From the IMG/VR virus record IMGVR_UViG_3300028559_000023, positions 12,922 through 76,921 of that record: 64,000 nt of DNA; one strand, 5' to 3'. A program made the position numbers and the translations under genes. Source of the DNA: a virus. Lineage: Duplodnaviria; Heunggongvirae; Uroviricota; Caudoviricetes. Shown in pieces: positions 62,172 to 64,000 of the stretch. The number at the start of each line of letters is the position of its first letter. Position 1 is the stretch's first letter. The notes beneath the pieces are model-generated. The model did not search any database. It was not told the DNA's origin and saw only the letters and a program-made list of their open reading frames with translations.

Positions 62172-64000
62172 ATGGCTAAACCAATAAGTTACAGAAGCCC
62201 TGAGGCTGTAGCTGCTGTGGAAGCAGAGACAGGCAGGACAGGTAACGATTACAGAGCCCTTGTGTGCGTTTTCTTGTTTGGTGGCAATGACTCCCATAAC
62301 ATGATCATCCCGCGTGATGGCTCGGCTAATCGTATTCATTACGATTTACAACGTGGTACTCTGGCAATTACTGCAGGTACTGAGCTCCCATTAACGGCAG
62401 AGTGGGGCGTGCACCCCAGCATGACCAATGTGAAATCCATCTTCGATGCCGGTAAGCTTGGCGTCTTGATGAATGTTGGTTTGTTGGCTCAACCGACAAC
62501 GCGTGCGCAGTATAAGGCTAATACTGTCACATTGCCTACTCAGCTCTACGCTCACAACAGCCAACAAGCTCTCTGGCAAGCCCTTCCGATCCTGGCAAAG
62601 AATCCTGTCAACGGTTATATGGGGCGTGCTGATGATTTGGTTGGCGAGTTCTTCAACTTCAGCGCTGTTGATGATATCGGTGGCCAATTCTCGATCGCTG
62701 GTCGTCCACTTCAGATGCAAGGCTACGAGAGCCGCTCTAATGACTTGAATACCAGCGGACCTACATCCGCAACCGCTAGCGCAACCAACGCTCCCGGTAC
62801 TTACCTCACACCTGCCAGAACGCGTCAAGTTTGGGACAACGAGCGCCAGGCCTTATTTGCAGGTGCGGTTGGTTCTTCGGTAAAGAAACAAGCAGCTATC
62901 ACAACTAACCTCCAAGCCTTACCTGCTCCGGTTACTACTACCTTTACAGGTTTGAGTACTGCTTACGGTAACCTTGGAGGTCAACTTGCAATGGTTGCTC
63001 GTGTTCTGTTGAGCCGCTCCAATATGGGCCATAGAAGGGATACTTTCTTCGTATCAATCTCAGGATGGGATGATCATGATGGTCTGGCTGCTAACTATGG
63101 TCCTCGTTTGGCAGCTCTCGATGCAGCCTTGGGCGCTTTTTGGGCTGCGCTTGGTCAACTCGGCCTGCAGGAGAACGTCGCTCTCTATACTCAATCTGAT
63201 TTCGGTCGTGCCCTTAAGCAAAACAACGATGGGTCTGACCACGGTTGGGGTGGACATGCACTTGTGATGGGAGGCTCTGTTCTCGGCGGTCAGCTCTTCG
63301 GAACACCGCCTGACTTTGCTACCAATTCTGTGAATGACGCAGATCAAGGTCGTCTTATCCCGACCACAAGCGCGGATCAGTACGTAGCCACGATGTTGAA
63401 GTGGTGGGGTGTACCTGAGAGTCAGATGGAGCTTGTTCTACCCAATTTGGCCAACTTCAGCCAAAAGACGCTGCCGATGCTTCGTGAGCCATTGCCGGTT
63501 GTTACACAACCTAAGGCTTACTCTATTGACCTTGTTTCGCAAGTGCTCAATACAGGTGCTTTTGGTGACGACGTTTCGTTTACTCTGCCCTATACCGCTG
63601 TAACCACACAGTTCGACAGAGAGGGTAATCTCATAGCGTCTCCCGTAAACGTGATCCCGAATAGTGAGTTCTTCGGTGGTGAAGCTCTTGTTGGACAATC
63701 GTCGCCTCCTTTGGGCAACCATTGGCTCGACTGGAATACGACGCCAGGTAACGCAGGCCTTAAATTCACGCTGAACGAAATTGGCGTTGAGAACGGCATG
63801 CGGTATACTGAATGGAATCTCAGTGGTACTGTGACTGTCACTGCGGCATATAGCCAGATTGCTTTTGGCGCGTTTGCAACGGTTCCCACAGCAATCGTGG
63901 CCGCTAACGGGCAATCGTACACCTTCTTCTTGAAAGCTCGGCGTATTCTGAGCAAGAGCCCGAACCCAGTTTCTTGGGGCTGCAACCTTCGCGCCACTAC
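62172..64000 (+). CDS. DUF1501-family protein (sulfatase / alkaline-phosphatase-like fold) with a long C-terminal extension; 3' end outside the window
   Basis: Open frame from the ATG at 62172 (AAGGA 5 nt upstream) to the window end. It is absent from the ORF track because no stop lies in the window. N-terminal LVCVFLFGGNDSHNMIIP and later GSDHGWGGHALVMGGSVLGGQLFG match DUF1501 hallmarks. There is no TAT or Sec signal. At least 200 further residues follow the DUF1501 core. Confidence 0.65.
   Translation, partial: MAKPISYRSPEAVAAVEAETGRTGNDYRALVCVFLFGGNDSHNMIIPRDGSANRIHYDLQRGTLAITAGTELPLTAEWGVHPSMTNVKSIFDAGKLGVLMNVGLLAQPTTRAQYKANTVTLPTQLYAHNSQQALWQALPILAKNPVNGYMGRADDLVGEFFNFSAVDDIGGQFSIAGRPLQMQGYESRSNDLNTSGPTSATASATNAPGTYLTPARTRQVWDNERQALFAGAVGSSVKKQAAITTNLQALPAPVTTTFTGLSTAYGNLGGQLAMVARVLLSRSNMGHRRDTFFVSISGWDDHDGLAANYGPRLAALDAALGAFWAALGQLGLQENVALYTQSDFGRALKQNNDGSDHGWGGHALVMGGSVLGGQLFGTPPDFATNSVNDADQGRLIPTTSADQYVATMLKWWGVPESQMELVLPNLANFSQKTLPMLREPLPVVTQPKAYSIDLVSQVLNTGAFGDDVSFTLPYTAVTTQFDREGNLIASPVNVIPNSEFFGGEALVGQSSPPLGNHWLDWNTTPGNAGLKFTLNEIGVENGMRYTEWNLSGTVTVTAAYSQIAFGAFATVPTAIVAANGQSYTFFLKARRILSKSPNPVSWGCNLRAT

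Noticed and set aside
1206-63997. All reverse-strand ORFs in the track (for example 1476-2018, 3219-3833, 10572-11084, 34845-35684, 43187-43785 and 60682-61302)
   Set aside because: Each lies entirely inside a forward-strand gene that has strong domain motifs or tight operon packing. Most have low-complexity, Arg/Ser-rich translations and no RBS. They read as antisense shadow ORFs.
1-64000. CRISPR arrays, integrase/attP, or flanking host genes
   Set aside because: No direct-repeat/spacer periodicity was seen. No tyrosine- or serine-recombinase signature was found in any ORF. No change of strand or composition indicates a host junction. The tRNAs are embedded in phage operons and are not attachment sites.

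Overview
This window reads as a 64-kb stretch of a tailed-phage genome (free or prophage; no host flank or integrase is visible), about 49 % GC, with essentially every credible gene on the + strand. The reverse-strand ORFs in the track all lie inside strong forward genes and look spurious.

Left to right:
- **Late/tail module (1–18.2 kb):** two small genes, a ~2550-aa tape-measure protein, two minor tail proteins, and a 2709-aa central tail-fibre protein with collagen-like G-X-Y triplets and several families of internal repeats.
- **Lysis cassette (18.4–19.3 kb):** a membrane protein and an M15-like peptidase.
- **Early region (19.3–25.7 kb):** many small genes, including membrane proteins and a 39-aa lipoprotein; tRNA-Met and tRNA-Leu; and a CX5R phosphatase split by a -1 frameshift.
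- **RNA polymerase:** a T7-type single-subunit enzyme (25757–28009).
- **Replication block (29–43 kb):** SSB-like protein, family-A DNA polymerase with 3'-5' exonuclease, FEN-type 5'-3' exonuclease, GIY-YIG endonuclease, T7 gp4-like primase-helicase, a ribonucleotide reductase with an N-x-C-x-E active site, ATP-dependent DNA ligase, a Pol-beta-type nucleotidyltransferase, a macro domain protein and a DHH/DHHA1 phosphoesterase.
- **GC-rich island (43.0–43.96 kb):** one gene with its own promoter-like motif and terminator.
- **Accessory region (44–57.8 kb):** tRNA-Thr and tRNA-Arg, an HD-domain (p)ppGpp-hydrolase-like protein, a RecB-family nuclease with a DprA/Smf-like protein and a HAD phosphatase, an SPFH/band-7 protein, a Cys-His hydrolase-like protein and an HExxH mini-protein.
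- **Packaging region (57.8–64 kb):** an AT-rich putative packaging site, small and large terminase subunits, and directly downstream a DUF1800 / DUF1501 gene pair. The DUF1501 gene runs off the window end.

Sequence-level regulatory structure:
- A 21-nt motif (GAACCCGTTAWCTTAACCCTT-like) occurs four times in intergenic positions ahead of gene blocks and is read as a phage-RNAP promoter.
- A family of GC hairpins with a UUCG tetraloop.
- Three conventional hairpin-plus-T-run terminators.
- A perfect 33-bp inverted-repeat pair 24.7 kb apart.
- A 4-codon leader mini-ORF whose start region pairs with the ribosome-binding site of a downstream small basic protein.

All functional calls come from motif reading by eye; no database search was possible.
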